Positions 1 to 8,933 of a stretch of DNA of 52,142 nt are shown one piece after another. How positions within the stretch are numbered: position 1 is the stretch's first letter; every line of letters starts with the position of its first letter. The position numbers and the translations under genes were made by a program. Location of the stretch: positions 1 through 52,142 of the forward strand of contig CAYLQO010000003.1 in the NCBI GenBank assembly GCA_964386425.1, given 5' to 3'. The notes beneath the pieces were generated by a model. It saw nothing but the letters and a program-made list of their open reading frames with translations. It had not been told where the DNA came from and made no database searches. This DNA comes from an uncultured Gammaproteobacteria bacterium (GTDB lineage: Bacteria > Patescibacteriota > Patescibacteriia > UBA1558 > S5-K13).

Positions 1-1186
1 CTTTTATCTCGCGACACCTTATGCATTTGCATTTTAGGTGTCTTAATTTCATTTCTCTTTCAATATTTTGACGTAAATTTGTAATATCATTTCCACCAAC
101 GATTGATTCTTTTGGAATATCACGAATCAATCTGTTTATTCTTACGTAATATGGAATAAGTTTTGTTTTTACATCAACAAGTAGATCAAGTAGTTCTTTT
201 TTTGTATAAGGTACGTATTCACGATTTTTAAACATTTTATAAAGTATTTTTGCTTCTTTAGTAACAACGCAAGGATAAATTTTTATTTGATCAGGACGAT
301 AGTCAGAATTTTCAAAAATATCCTTAAATATTTTCATATCTTTTCTAGGATTTGAAAATGGTAAATCTGGCATCAGGTGATAATCAACTTTAAGTCCTAT
401 TTCTTTACACAACTTAGTTGCTCTTATAACATCTTTTTGATTATGGCCACGCTTAATTTTTTTTAGTATTTCATCATCAGTGTGCTGAACTCCAAACTGA
501 ATTCTTGTACAAGCCTGATGACGCATTGCAATTAATTCTTTTTCATTTATAAGGTCTGGTCTTGTCTCAAGAGTTACACCAATAATTCTATATTTTGCAG
601 TTTCATTTTTCTTTAATTCTTTTTCTAGTGTTGGTTCTTTTTTGTAATTATTTTTTGGATAATCATTTACACCCTCGAAACATCTCGCAATAAACCAGTT
701 TTGGTATTTTCTTGTATAAGCATTCCAAGAACCACCAAGAACTAAAAGTTCTATTTTATCAACACTGTGACCATTTATTTCCAGTGCTTTTATGCGGTAT
801 TGAACTTGATTATATGGATCAAATTTTAATCCTTTTGCACGTTGTGCGGCTGGTTCATTTGATAAATAGCTCACTGGCATATCTTCTTCTTTCGGGCAGT
901 AAATACATGTTCCTGGACAAGAATATGGTTTTGTAAGCACAGTAAGAGGAGTAACGCCTGATATTGTTCTCGTGTTTCTTGTTGTTAAGAATTTTTCAAA
1001 TGTTTCATTTTTCTTTATTTTTTTTGCTTTCAAAAGTTCATTATAGGCCCCAAACAATACTTGATTTGTGGTTGGTTTTACTTTGAATTCTCCACAAAGT
1101 CGTTTTTTCTTTAATTCAAAATCAGCTCTATCTTTGAATTTTAGAGAAATTAGTTTTTTAATGATTTTTTGATATAATAACACCAT
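1..1186 (-). CDS. Elp3-like radical SAM protein (Elp3 family, tRNA wobble-uridine modification type); C-terminus runs off the left edge
   Basis: Absent from the ORF track because it is open at the window edge. My reverse-strand translation from ATG 1186..1184 reads MVLLYQKIIKKL...ISGVTPLTVLTKPYSCPGTCIYCPKEEDMPVSYLSNEPAAQRA...IIGVTLETRPD...RIQFGVQHTDDEILKKIKRGH...DYHLMPDLP. This gives a CxxxCxxC radical-SAM motif in Elp3-like context, with no stop down to position 2. Confidence 0.8.
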   Translation of the reverse strand, partial: MVLLYQKIIKKLISLKFKDRADFELKKKRLCGEFKVKPTTNQVLFGAYNELLKAKKIKKNETFEKFLTTRNTRTISGVTPLTVLTKPYSCPGTCIYCPKEEDMPVSYLSNEPAAQRAKGLKFDPYNQVQYRIKALEINGHSVDKIELLVLGGSWNAYTRKYQNWFIARCFEGVNDYPKNNYKKEPTLEKELKKNETAKYRIIGVTLETRPDLINEKELIAMRHQACTRIQFGVQHTDDEILKKIKRGHNQKDVIRATKLCKEIGLKVDYHLMPDLPFSNPRKDMKIFKDIFENSDYRPDQIKIYPCVVTKEAKILYKMFKNREYVPYTKKELLDLLVDVKTKLIPYYVRINRLIRDIPKESIVGGNDITNLRQNIEREMKLRHLKCKCIRCREIK

Positions 1187-1200
1187 AGATGATTTTCAAC

Positions 1201-1293
1201 TTTCTATTTTCAATTTAGTAATTGATTCACTATTTACTATTTTGCTATTTAAATTATAAATAGCCAAATAGTAAATCAATTGAAAATTAGAAA
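1201..1293. repeat. Long imperfect AT-rich palindrome, copy A of a dispersed intergenic element (arm consensus TTTTCAATTGATTTACTATTTnGCTATTTA)
   Basis: Left arm is tttctattttcaatttagtaattgattcactatttactattttgctattta. Right arm is taaatagccaaatagtaaatcaattgaaaattagaaa. The same arm sequence recurs at 12428-12510. Confidence 0.6.
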
Positions 1294-1311
1294 TTATAAA
1301 TAGTAAATAAT

Positions 1312-1953
1312 ATGGATTATAATGAATTTTCAAATGAATTTAATGCCACTCGTCAAAATCTTTGGCCAGAGCTTTTAGAATTTGAAAAATATATTAAAAA
1401 TGGTCAGAAAATTTTAGATCTTGGATGTGGAAATGGCCGACTTGTTAATTTACTGGGAAATTATGATATAGAGTATGTGGGATCAGATATTTCTTCTGAC
1501 TTACTTAATTATGCCAAAAAACAGGACTTTGGTAAAATCAAAAATTTTCAATTTATAGAATCCGACATGCTTGATTTAGAATTTCTTGATAATAGTTTTG
1601 ATATAATTTTTCTAATTGCTTCCTATCATCATCTTAGAATAAAATCGCAAAGAATCAAAATTTTAGAGAAAATGAATAAATGGCTTAAAAAAGATGGCCT
1701 TATTATAATGACAAACTGGAATTTATTTCAGAGAAAATATATAAAATATATTTTTAATTTAGAAAAAAAATCTTGGAATGATTTTTTAATTCCCTGGAAA
1801 GATAAAAATGGTGATGTAATCGCAAACAGATTTTATCACGGATTTCGATTGGGAGAGCTTGATAAATTGGCAAAAAATACTCAATTTAAAGTATTAGAAA
1901 ATAGATATTCTGACACCAAAAGAAATATTATTACAGTTTTATCAAAGAAATAG
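1312..1953 (+). CDS. Class I SAM-dependent methyltransferase
   Basis: Motif I ILDLGCGNGRL, followed by acidic-loop and post-I style motifs (YVGSDIS, IIFLIASYHHL). Confidence 0.8.
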   Translation: MDYNEFSNEFNATRQNLWPELLEFEKYIKNGQKILDLGCGNGRLVNLLGNYDIEYVGSDISSDLLNYAKKQDFGKIKNFQFIESDMLDLEFLDNSFDIIFLIASYHHLRIKSQRIKILEKMNKWLKKDGLIIMTNWNLFQRKYIKYIFNLEKKSWNDFLIPWKDKNGDVIANRFYHGFRLGELDKLAKNTQFKVLENRYSDTKRNIITVLSKK

Positions 1954-2022
1954 GACTTTATTTACCAAAAAGTCCCAAAATATGTTATAATTAAATTAAT
2001 AATATAAGTAAACAAAAACAAA

Positions 2023-3099
2023 ATGCCAGACGAAAATACAAGTAATTCACTTGGCAATTTTTCTGATTTAGATGATGAAATTTTAATAAAACAAAATGGT
2101 TCTTTTAAGATTTTTTCTCATGGAAATTTATCTGATTTTAATATAGAAATACAACCTGAAAAATCAACTACTGCTGTTTTAGACACTGGTTTAGAAGAAA
2201 AAGCATTGCAACCTCCACCTCCAATGATTTTTGATAAAAAAGGATCTGAATTTTATTTTGATATTGATGATAAAGATGAGATTGCAAAACATAAACAAAA
2301 ATTAGAAAAACTAGATTCTCAGATAAAACAGTATAGTTTGAAAAAAATTGTAGAGCGCATTATTGAATCAAATCAAATTGAATTAATTCCACAGCTTGAA
2401 GCGAAGTTTTATAATATAATTTTTTCATTTTTAAAACACACTAGAGAAAAATTGGATATTGAAGAATTGTTGTCAAAAAGAATTGTTGACCTGGGACTTG
2501 GTTTAGAAAAAGGCAAGGTAAGTAGTATCATAAAACTACTTACAGAGATAAGAGATAAAATCGATGAAACTCATGGCAGTATTTTAAATGATCTAAATGT
2601 TCAAGAATTTGTAAAGCAAAATGAATCACAAAATAAAGAATATATTTCAAATTTAGATCCAAGACAGCAAATACAAATTAAACCACTTAATTCAAATATT
2701 CCTTTCATAAGAAGAGATATAGCTCGTTCAAACACAACAAGAACCAAGATGAGTGATGTAAAACAAAAGCCAAGAATTATAAGTCCAGTAGAGGAATTAG
2801 GAGAGCTAAATATAACAATTTTTAGAAGAATATCAAACAATCCAGTTGAGGCGACACAACGTATAATGGATATAATAAATGCATTTGGAAAAGAATCAAT
2901 ACTTAAAAAAGCAATGGCAATAAAAAATTGGAGAAAAAGTGAAATTTATAAAATTTATTTAATGCTTGGTAGAGAAAGTATAGAAAAAAATCTACCAGTT
3001 AGTAAATTAATAGAACAAAAAGCCATTGCAAATGAGAAAACAATAACCCTAGACGAATTTCAGGCAATTTCAGACCTTAATAAAAAGATTAAATTTTAA
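2023..3099 (+). CDS. Hypothetical protein, first gene of the T4SS-like cluster
   Basis: 358-aa ORF with an acidic, probably disordered N-half and a lysine-rich helical C-half. The stop lies 2 nt before the next start. No recognisable catalytic motif. Confidence 0.55.
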   Translation: MPDENTSNSLGNFSDLDDEILIKQNGSFKIFSHGNLSDFNIEIQPEKSTTAVLDTGLEEKALQPPPPMIFDKKGSEFYFDIDDKDEIAKHKQKLEKLDSQIKQYSLKKIVERIIESNQIELIPQLEAKFYNIIFSFLKHTREKLDIEELLSKRIVDLGLGLEKGKVSSIIKLLTEIRDKIDETHGSILNDLNVQEFVKQNESQNKEYISNLDPRQQIQIKPLNSNIPFIRRDIARSNTTRTKMSDVKQKPRIISPVEELGELNITIFRRISNNPVEATQRIMDIINAFGKESILKKAMAIKNWRKSEIYKIYLMLGRESIEKNLPVSKLIEQKAIANEKTITLDEFQAISDLNKKIKF

Positions 3100-3101
3100 A
3101 T

Positions 3102-3560
3102 ATGAATAATTTTATTGTTCCACAATTTATTGATGTAGAGGATAGAATATTTGGTCCTGTAACAATAAGACAATTTTTAATTTGTACTGCTGGGGGTCTT
3201 TTAATTTTTGTAGCTTTTAAACTAAGTGATTTTGGTTTATTTATATTTCAAGCAATAATTATAATTCCGCTCACAATAATTTTTGCATTTGTAAGGATAA
3301 ATGGAAAAAGTTTTCATCATTTTTTAATGGATGTTCTAGTTTATTTTTTTAAAGTTCCACGTATTGCTGTTTGGCAGAAAAAAGAAATAGTAGTAAAGAA
3401 AAAAGTAAAAGAAGTTGTTAAAAAAGATAATTATAGCTTTGAACAAAAATTTTTACCAAAAGCTCGATTAAATGAAGTGTCTTTAATAGTCGATACAGGT
3501 GGAGCTTATATTGGTGAAGAAGAAAATATAAATAATTCAAATTTAAAAGCCGACAGCTAA
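3102..3560 (+). CDS. PrgI-family / VirB3-like small membrane protein
   Basis: N-terminus VPQFIDVEDRIFGPVTIRQFLICTAGGLLIF is followed by two hydrophobic helices. This is the pattern typical of PrgI-family proteins that precede VirB4 in Gram-positive-type T4SS. Assigned by eye only. Confidence 0.6.
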   Translation: MNNFIVPQFIDVEDRIFGPVTIRQFLICTAGGLLIFVAFKLSDFGLFIFQAIIIIPLTIIFAFVRINGKSFHHFLMDVLVYFFKVPRIAVWQKKEIVVKKKVKEVVKKDNYSFEQKFLPKARLNEVSLIVDTGGAYIGEEENINNSNLKADS

Positions 3561-3564
3561 TAAT

Positions 3565-4236
3565 ATGAATAACCAAAAATTACCAACAAAAAAATCAACT
3601 CAAGAAATATTAAGCATTTCAGATATTGTTGATGATATGATTATATTAAAAGATGGAACAGTAAGAGCAGTGCTTATGGTTTCTTCTATTAATTTTGCTC
3701 TGAAAAATCAAGATGAGCAAGAAAGTATAATAGATGGATATTATTCATTTTTAAATTCTTTAGCATATCCACTACAAATAGTAGTTCAGTCAAGAAATAT
3801 TGATATTGATTCTTATATTGAAAAATTAGAGAAATTATCAAAACAACAAACAAATGAACTACTACGAATGCAAACTTTAGATTATTTACAGTTTATAAAA
3901 GAACTTCTTGAACTTCAGGCAATCATGACAAAGAAGTTTTATGTTGTTGTTCCGTATTCTGCAGTATCAAATAAAAAAAGAAATTTTTTGAGTCGGGTTT
4001 CGGATCTTTTTTCTGCATCAGGAGAAATTGTAATGAAGAAAAAACAAATGGCCGAGTATAGAGATCAGCTATATAGAAGAGTTGCTCAGGTTCAGGATGG
4101 ACTAGCGTCAATAAGTTTACAAGCTGTGTCACTCGATACAACAAGTCTAATAGAACTTTATTACAATTCATATAATCCAGAAATTTCCAAAAGTCAAAAA
4201 TTAAAAGATATAGATAAATTACAAATAGAAAAATAA
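3565..4236 (+). CDS. VirB4 N-terminal-domain-like protein without an ATPase domain
   Basis: ILSISDIVDDMIILKDGTVRAVLMVSSINFALKNQDEQESIIDGYYSFLNSLAYPLQIVVQSRNIDIDSYI resembles the N-terminal region of Gram-positive VirB4/TcpF-type ATPases. No Walker motifs are present. Confidence 0.5.
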   Translation: MNNQKLPTKKSTQEILSISDIVDDMIILKDGTVRAVLMVSSINFALKNQDEQESIIDGYYSFLNSLAYPLQIVVQSRNIDIDSYIEKLEKLSKQQTNELLRMQTLDYLQFIKELLELQAIMTKKFYVVVPYSAVSNKKRNFLSRVSDLFSASGEIVMKKKQMAEYRDQLYRRVAQVQDGLASISLQAVSLDTTSLIELYYNSYNPEISKSQKLKDIDKLQIEK

Positions 4237-4255
4237 TAATTTTATTTAATATACA

Positions 4256-6121
4256 ATGTTTAAAACAAAATCAATAGAAAAACAATTAAAAACAAAAGTA
4301 GAGGAACCAAAAGAAAAACTTCCTAATATTGAAGAGCAGAAGGAGCTTCTTGAGGCGGAAAAAATTTATAGAAGAGGTGCTGTTTCTATAAAAGACCTTA
4401 TCTCCCCATCAGCCTATAAAGTTGAAAGTTCATTTTTAAGATTAAATGATAAGTTTTTAAGTACTCTTTACATTGTTACATATCCTAGATTTATAAATAT
4501 TGGATGGTTTGCACCTGTAATTAATTATTCTATTCCACTAGATTTAGCAGTTTATTATTATCCAGTTGACTCACCAAAAATTTTAAAAAAATTAAAAAAT
4601 AAGGTTGGAAATATAGAAGCTCAATTATCTCTAGATGCCGAGAAAGGTACTCCACGTGACCCACAACTCGAAACAGCATTATCAGACATAGAACAATTAC
4701 GAGATAATTTAACACAAGGTGTCGAAAAATTTTTCCAAATGGGTTTTTATGTAACTTTGTATGCTGATAACCCAGAAGACCTTGATAAAAGATTAGAAAC
4801 AGTTGAAAATATTTTTGGTTCAAAATTAATTTTTACCAAACGTTCTCTTTTTACTTCAAAACAAGGATTTAATTCTACGCTTCCAATGGGAAATGATGAA
4901 TTATATATTGTAAATAATATGAATTCATCTCCAGCTTCTGCATCTTTTCCATTTATTTCTTCAGAATTAACTGGCAATGATGGAATTTTATATGGAATAA
5001 ATAGACATAATAATAGTTTAATACTTTTTGATAGGTTTTCATTACAAAATGCAAATTATGTTGTTTTTGCAACATCAGGAGCTGGAAAATCATATGCAGT
5101 TAAATTAGAAGTGCTTCGTAGTATGATGATGGGAACTGATATTATAATTATTGATCCAGAAAAAGAATATGAACATTTGTGTGATGCAGTTGGCGGAACC
5201 TATATAAATTTATCTTTGAACTCTGAAAGTAAATTAAATCCATTTGATCTTCCTCGTGGACTTACAAAAGAAATGAGAGCCGGAGATATAATTAGAAGTG
5301 CAATTATAACTCTCAAGGGTTTGGTAAGGCTTATGGTTGGAGAACTTTCACATTTAGAGGACTCAATTGTTGATAGGGCTCTTATGGAAACATATGCAAA
5401 AAAAGATATAACCGTTGATAGTGATATAGAAAATATTGAATCACCACTTATGAAAGACTTAGAAGAAGTTTTATCTGGAATCCAGGGTGGTGATGATCTA
5501 GCTCAAAGAATAAAAAAATATACAGAAGGAACATTTTCAGGATTATTTAATAGCCCAACAAATGTAAATATGAGTAATCAATTAGTTGTTTTCAGTGTTA
5601 GAGATCTAGAAGATGAACTTCGTCCTATAGCAATTTATACAATTATAAATTATATATGGAACGTTGTAAGATCCAACATGAAGAAGAGAATATTAATTAT
5701 TGATGAGGCATGGTGGTTAATGCAACATGAAGATAGTGCTAAATTTATATTTGCACTTGTTAAAAGATGTAGAAAATATTATTTAGGAGTAACAACAATA
5801 ACCCAGGATGTTAATGATTTTTTAATGTCACCATATGGGCAGGCAATAGTTACAAATTCAGCTTTGCAACTATTATTAAAACAATCTCCAGCATCAATTG
5901 ATGTAATACAGAAAACATTTTTATTAACTCAAGAAGAAAAATATTTATTACTTCAGGGAAAAGTTGGTCAGGGAATTTTCTTTGCAGGAAGTAAACATGT
6001 CGCAATTCAAATAGAAGCATCTTATACAGAAGATCAGCTAATAACTTCAGACCCAAGGCAGTTACTTGAAATTGAAGCAGCAAAAAAAGAATTTGAGGAG
6101 TCAAATAAAAATAAAAATTAA
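4256..6121 (+). CDS. virB4: VirB4/TrbE/PrgJ-family T4SS ATPase
   Basis: Walker A FATSGAGKSYAV and Walker B RILIIDEAWWL. The N-domain pattern is LSTLYIVTYPRFINIGWFAPVINYSIPLDLAVYYYP and the C-terminal motif is GVTTITQDVNDF. Confidence 0.85.
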   Translation: MFKTKSIEKQLKTKVEEPKEKLPNIEEQKELLEAEKIYRRGAVSIKDLISPSAYKVESSFLRLNDKFLSTLYIVTYPRFINIGWFAPVINYSIPLDLAVYYYPVDSPKILKKLKNKVGNIEAQLSLDAEKGTPRDPQLETALSDIEQLRDNLTQGVEKFFQMGFYVTLYADNPEDLDKRLETVENIFGSKLIFTKRSLFTSKQGFNSTLPMGNDELYIVNNMNSSPASASFPFISSELTGNDGILYGINRHNNSLILFDRFSLQNANYVVFATSGAGKSYAVKLEVLRSMMMGTDIIIIDPEKEYEHLCDAVGGTYINLSLNSESKLNPFDLPRGLTKEMRAGDIIRSAIITLKGLVRLMVGELSHLEDSIVDRALMETYAKKDITVDSDIENIESPLMKDLEEVLSGIQGGDDLAQRIKKYTEGTFSGLFNSPTNVNMSNQLVVFSVRDLEDELRPIAIYTIINYIWNVVRSNMKKRILIIDEAWWLMQHEDSAKFIFALVKRCRKYYLGVTTITQDVNDFLMSPYGQAIVTNSALQLLLKQSPASIDVIQKTFLLTQEEKYLLLQGKVGQGIFFAGSKHVAIQIEASYTEDQLITSDPRQLLEIEAAKKEFEESNKNKN

Positions 6122-6139
6122 TTTTTTAAATAAAAATAT

Positions 6140-6703
6140 ATGACAATAAACAAAAAACTGATTATTATTTTAGTTATTATTATAATAATTGTTTTATTTG
6201 TGTTCGGGTTTTTATTTTTTATGAAAAATAAAAAACAAGAAATTCAGATTCCAATAGAGGAAAATAAAACTCAACCAATGACAGAAGTAAAAAAAGAAAA
6301 TTTTAATTCTTTAGAATTTGAAAAGCAAGCAAAAATAGATGAGAATTCGCAAATTATAACAACAGCAAGAAATTTCATAGAGCGTTATGGTTCTTGGTCA
6401 AATCATACAGAAAATTTTTATGAGCTTATTTCTCCAATGATAACTGACCGTATGTATAATCAAGCAAAAAATTATATATCTAACAATCCAAATTTTTTAG
6501 ATGACAAAAATTTTTATGGAATTACAACCAAACTTCTAAATGCGGAAATTCTAGAATCAAGTACTAATTCAGCAAAAGTATCTTTGCAATTACAACAAAC
6601 AGAATCTAAAAATGGAACAGAAAATACTTTTTATAAGCAAGCAGAATTATCACTTATTTTTACAAATAATGAATGGTTAGTTGATTCTGTAACATGGAAA
6701 TAA
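6140..6703 (+). CDS. Bitopic membrane protein; possible VirB8/TcpC-like (NTF2-like) component
   Basis: Single N-terminal TM (LIIILVIIIIIVLFVFGFLFF) followed by a ~130-aa ectodomain (ARNFIERYGSWSN...SLIFTNNEWLVDSVTW). The VirB8-like call rests on topology and size only. Confidence 0.4.
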   Translation: MTINKKLIIILVIIIIIVLFVFGFLFFMKNKKQEIQIPIEENKTQPMTEVKKENFNSLEFEKQAKIDENSQIITTARNFIERYGSWSNHTENFYELISPMITDRMYNQAKNYISNNPNFLDDKNFYGITTKLLNAEILESSTNSAKVSLQLQQTESKNGTENTFYKQAELSLIFTNNEWLVDSVTWK

Positions 6704-6707
6704 TATT

Positions 6708-7598
6708 ATGGCAGCAAAGATATCATCAGCTATAAGCAGTGGTCTAAAGACGGTTAGAAACACAGCAAAAGAAGGTGTTTCGTTTATACAAGACGCTTCT
6801 TTACCAGATGATATGAGAGAGGCAGGCTCACAGACAAGACAAGAGCAAAATCAAGCACAAGAAATGAGCACAACAGGCCAGTGGAGCAAAACGCAGGTTA
6901 ACAAAAATAGACAGGCACAATTAAATAATAATGAGAATTTAGCTTTAAGCAATACTGGTGAATTAAACAGAAAAACTCCAAATGAAGGTGAAAAAGAAGT
7001 AGATGATAAAAATCAGACACCAGAGCAAAACGAAAATATACCAAAGAATTTAGGTCCAATAGGAGAAGATAGTAGAAGAAGAAGGCTAGCACAAAAATTT
7101 CAAAATAGTAAATTAGGAAAGGGTATTCAGAATGTAAAAACAAAAGTAGCTAATCATAAAATAATGGCAAAGAAAGCAACTAGACTGGGAACATTTGCAG
7201 CATATAAGTTTTCTTGGCAATATTTAATACCTAGTTTTGGATTAACGTGGTTTTATCTAGCTTTTCATTTTTTAGCAAAATATATAATGGGAGGTCCTGG
7301 GTTTTGTCACTTTGTTTCAGTAACAAATCCAGCCGTTGCCACAAAAGAAATAATAGAAGGCAAGGACAAAATGGATTTTGGTGCTATGATAGCTTTTGTG
7401 CTTGTTGGCGTAATAATTATAACAATTTTAGCATTTGCATTTACAATGCTCTTTATAATAGTTTATGCAATGACAGAGCCACTAGCTGCTGCAAAAGAGT
7501 ATATTGAAATAATTGGTTTGTTAATAAAAGAGATTATGACGGGTGTTGTAAAAGTAATAGCTGGGGCATTAAGTTGGATTGCTGGACTATTTACTTAA
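6708..7598 (+). CDS. Polytopic membrane protein with Q/N/E-rich N-terminal half; possible VirB6/TrbL analogue
   Basis: The C-terminal half has about 4 hydrophobic helices (YLIPSFGLTWFYLAFHFL, GAMIAFVLVGVIIITILAFAFTMLFIIVYAM, VVKVIAGALSWIAGLF). The assignment is positional only. Confidence 0.4.
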   Translation: MAAKISSAISSGLKTVRNTAKEGVSFIQDASLPDDMREAGSQTRQEQNQAQEMSTTGQWSKTQVNKNRQAQLNNNENLALSNTGELNRKTPNEGEKEVDDKNQTPEQNENIPKNLGPIGEDSRRRRLAQKFQNSKLGKGIQNVKTKVANHKIMAKKATRLGTFAAYKFSWQYLIPSFGLTWFYLAFHFLAKYIMGGPGFCHFVSVTNPAVATKEIIEGKDKMDFGAMIAFVLVGVIIITILAFAFTMLFIIVYAMTEPLAAAKEYIEIIGLLIKEIMTGVVKVIAGALSWIAGLFT

Positions 7599-7639
7599 AA
7601 ATTTTAGTTTATATATTTTATAAAATAAATAATTTAAAA

Positions 7640-8890
7640 ATGCCAGAAAATACAAAAAAAATAATTTTAATATTTTTATTTATAATTATTAGCATTGGAC
7701 TTGCTTTTCTTATTTACTCTGTTTTTTTTGCTAGGAAAATAGAACCAGTCGTAAATCAAACTGGAAATGAATTAATTCCAGGAGAATTTCCTGAGGCTGG
7801 TTCAGGCGGAGCACAGGTAATAGAGCCAGGTGGAGGAGAAACCGAGCAACCAAATACGCAAACACAGACAGATACAGAAATTCCTAGCCAAGGAGAGGTT
7901 ATCAATAATTCAACGCAACTTACAAACAAAAATATTTCTGGTATAAATGATTATAGTAAAATAAATGGAGGAATAGTCTATTATGATAATGTAAATCAAG
8001 GTTTTTATAAAATAGGAGAAGACGGCAGGGTTGTAAGATTGTCTGATAGAAAATTTTATTCTGTTACAAATGCAACTTTTTCACCAACAAAAAATCAGGC
8101 AATACTAGAGTATCCAGACAAAAGAAAAGTTTTATATGATTTTGATAAAGATGAGTTTATAGCAAGATTTCCAGAACAGACTCAAGATTTCGCATTTTCT
8201 GAAACCGGAGATAAATTATCTTATAAATGGATTGATTACTATGAAGATCAAAACTATCTAGTAACCTCAAATCCAGATGCAAGTAATTTTCAATTTATAA
8301 GACCAATAGCAGACCAGGCAAAAAATATTAATAATGTTTGGAGTCCAGATGGAGAAGTTATGGCAACATTTAGAAAGCAAGCTGATTTAGAAAGACAAGA
8401 AATATATTTTATAAATGAAAATAGTAAAAATTTAAGATCTTTGCTTGTTGATGGATTTAATTTTGAAGGTGTCTGGAATACAAAAGGAGATAAGCTTTTG
8501 TATAATGTAACTGAACCAAGAAGAGATTTTAAGCCAGTATTATGGATTGCAAATGGTCAGGGGGATGGCCTTGGTTATGGAAAAGCATCTCTTGGTATAA
8601 ATACATGGGTTGATAAATGTTCTTTTAGTAATTCAGATTCTAATACTGTTTATTGTGCTGTTCCAGATTCTTTGCCAACTGGAGCAGGACTTAATCCATC
8701 TATTGCAAGTGGAAGCACATATTCAATTTATAAAATAAACATAGATAATGGAAATCAAGAATTAATTGCTCAACCTACAGTAAATAATAATAGAGTTTCA
8801 ATAGATAAAATATATACAAGTCAAAATGATTCTCAGATTTTTTATATAGATGCAATAACTGGATATTTATACACTATTAATTTACAATAA
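7640..8890 (+). CDS. Membrane-anchored TolB-like beta-propeller protein
   Basis: Start preferred at ATG 7640 (MPENTKKIILIFLFIIISIGLAFLIYSVFF signal-anchor) over the track start 7574, which overlaps the previous gene. Repeated SPTKNQ/SETGDKL/SPDGEV blade-like motifs are present. Confidence 0.55.
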   Translation: MPENTKKIILIFLFIIISIGLAFLIYSVFFARKIEPVVNQTGNELIPGEFPEAGSGGAQVIEPGGGETEQPNTQTQTDTEIPSQGEVINNSTQLTNKNISGINDYSKINGGIVYYDNVNQGFYKIGEDGRVVRLSDRKFYSVTNATFSPTKNQAILEYPDKRKVLYDFDKDEFIARFPEQTQDFAFSETGDKLSYKWIDYYEDQNYLVTSNPDASNFQFIRPIADQAKNINNVWSPDGEVMATFRKQADLERQEIYFINENSKNLRSLLVDGFNFEGVWNTKGDKLLYNVTEPRRDFKPVLWIANGQGDGLGYGKASLGINTWVDKCSFSNSDSNTVYCAVPDSLPTGAGLNPSIASGSTYSIYKINIDNGNQELIAQPTVNNNRVSIDKIYTSQNDSQIFYIDAITGYLYTINLQ

Positions 8891-8894
8891 TTTC

Positions 8895-8933
8895 ATCCCG
8901 CCAAGCTATACTTGGGCTGGATAAATAAAAAAA
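8895..8933 (+). other. GC-clamp hairpin (ATCCCG..GGAT) plus ATAAATAAAAA box ending at a start codon
   Basis: atcccgccaag-ctata-cttgggctggat, then aaataaaaaaa, then ATG 8934. Related copies are at 21508, 29997 and 31747. Confidence 0.5.

Noticed and set aside
712-936. Track ORF on the plus strand (74 aa), and the many similar 60-150-aa track ORFs embedded antisense or out of frame in larger genes (e.g. 2601-2840, 3923-4171, 4530-4977, 7247-7507, 9737-10018, 11094-11384, 12615-13166, 20214-20672, 28548-28835, 33189-33437, 37069-37603, 41550-41852, 43681-43941, 44458-44739, 47681-48216, 51454-51939).
   Set aside because: Each lies wholly inside a longer ORF that has clear family motifs on the other strand or frame. 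Their translations are low-complexity (I/F/L/S/K-rich), as expected for shadow ORFs in AT-rich DNA, and none has its own start context.
1953-1975. Hairpin ggacttt-atttacca-aaagtcc right after the methyltransferase stop, as a terminator.
   Set aside because: It is followed by caaaatatg rather than a T-tract, so it is not a canonical intrinsic terminator. It may belong to the same class of U-tract-less punctuation hairpins as the ATCCCG boxes, but its sequence is unrelated, so it was not counted.
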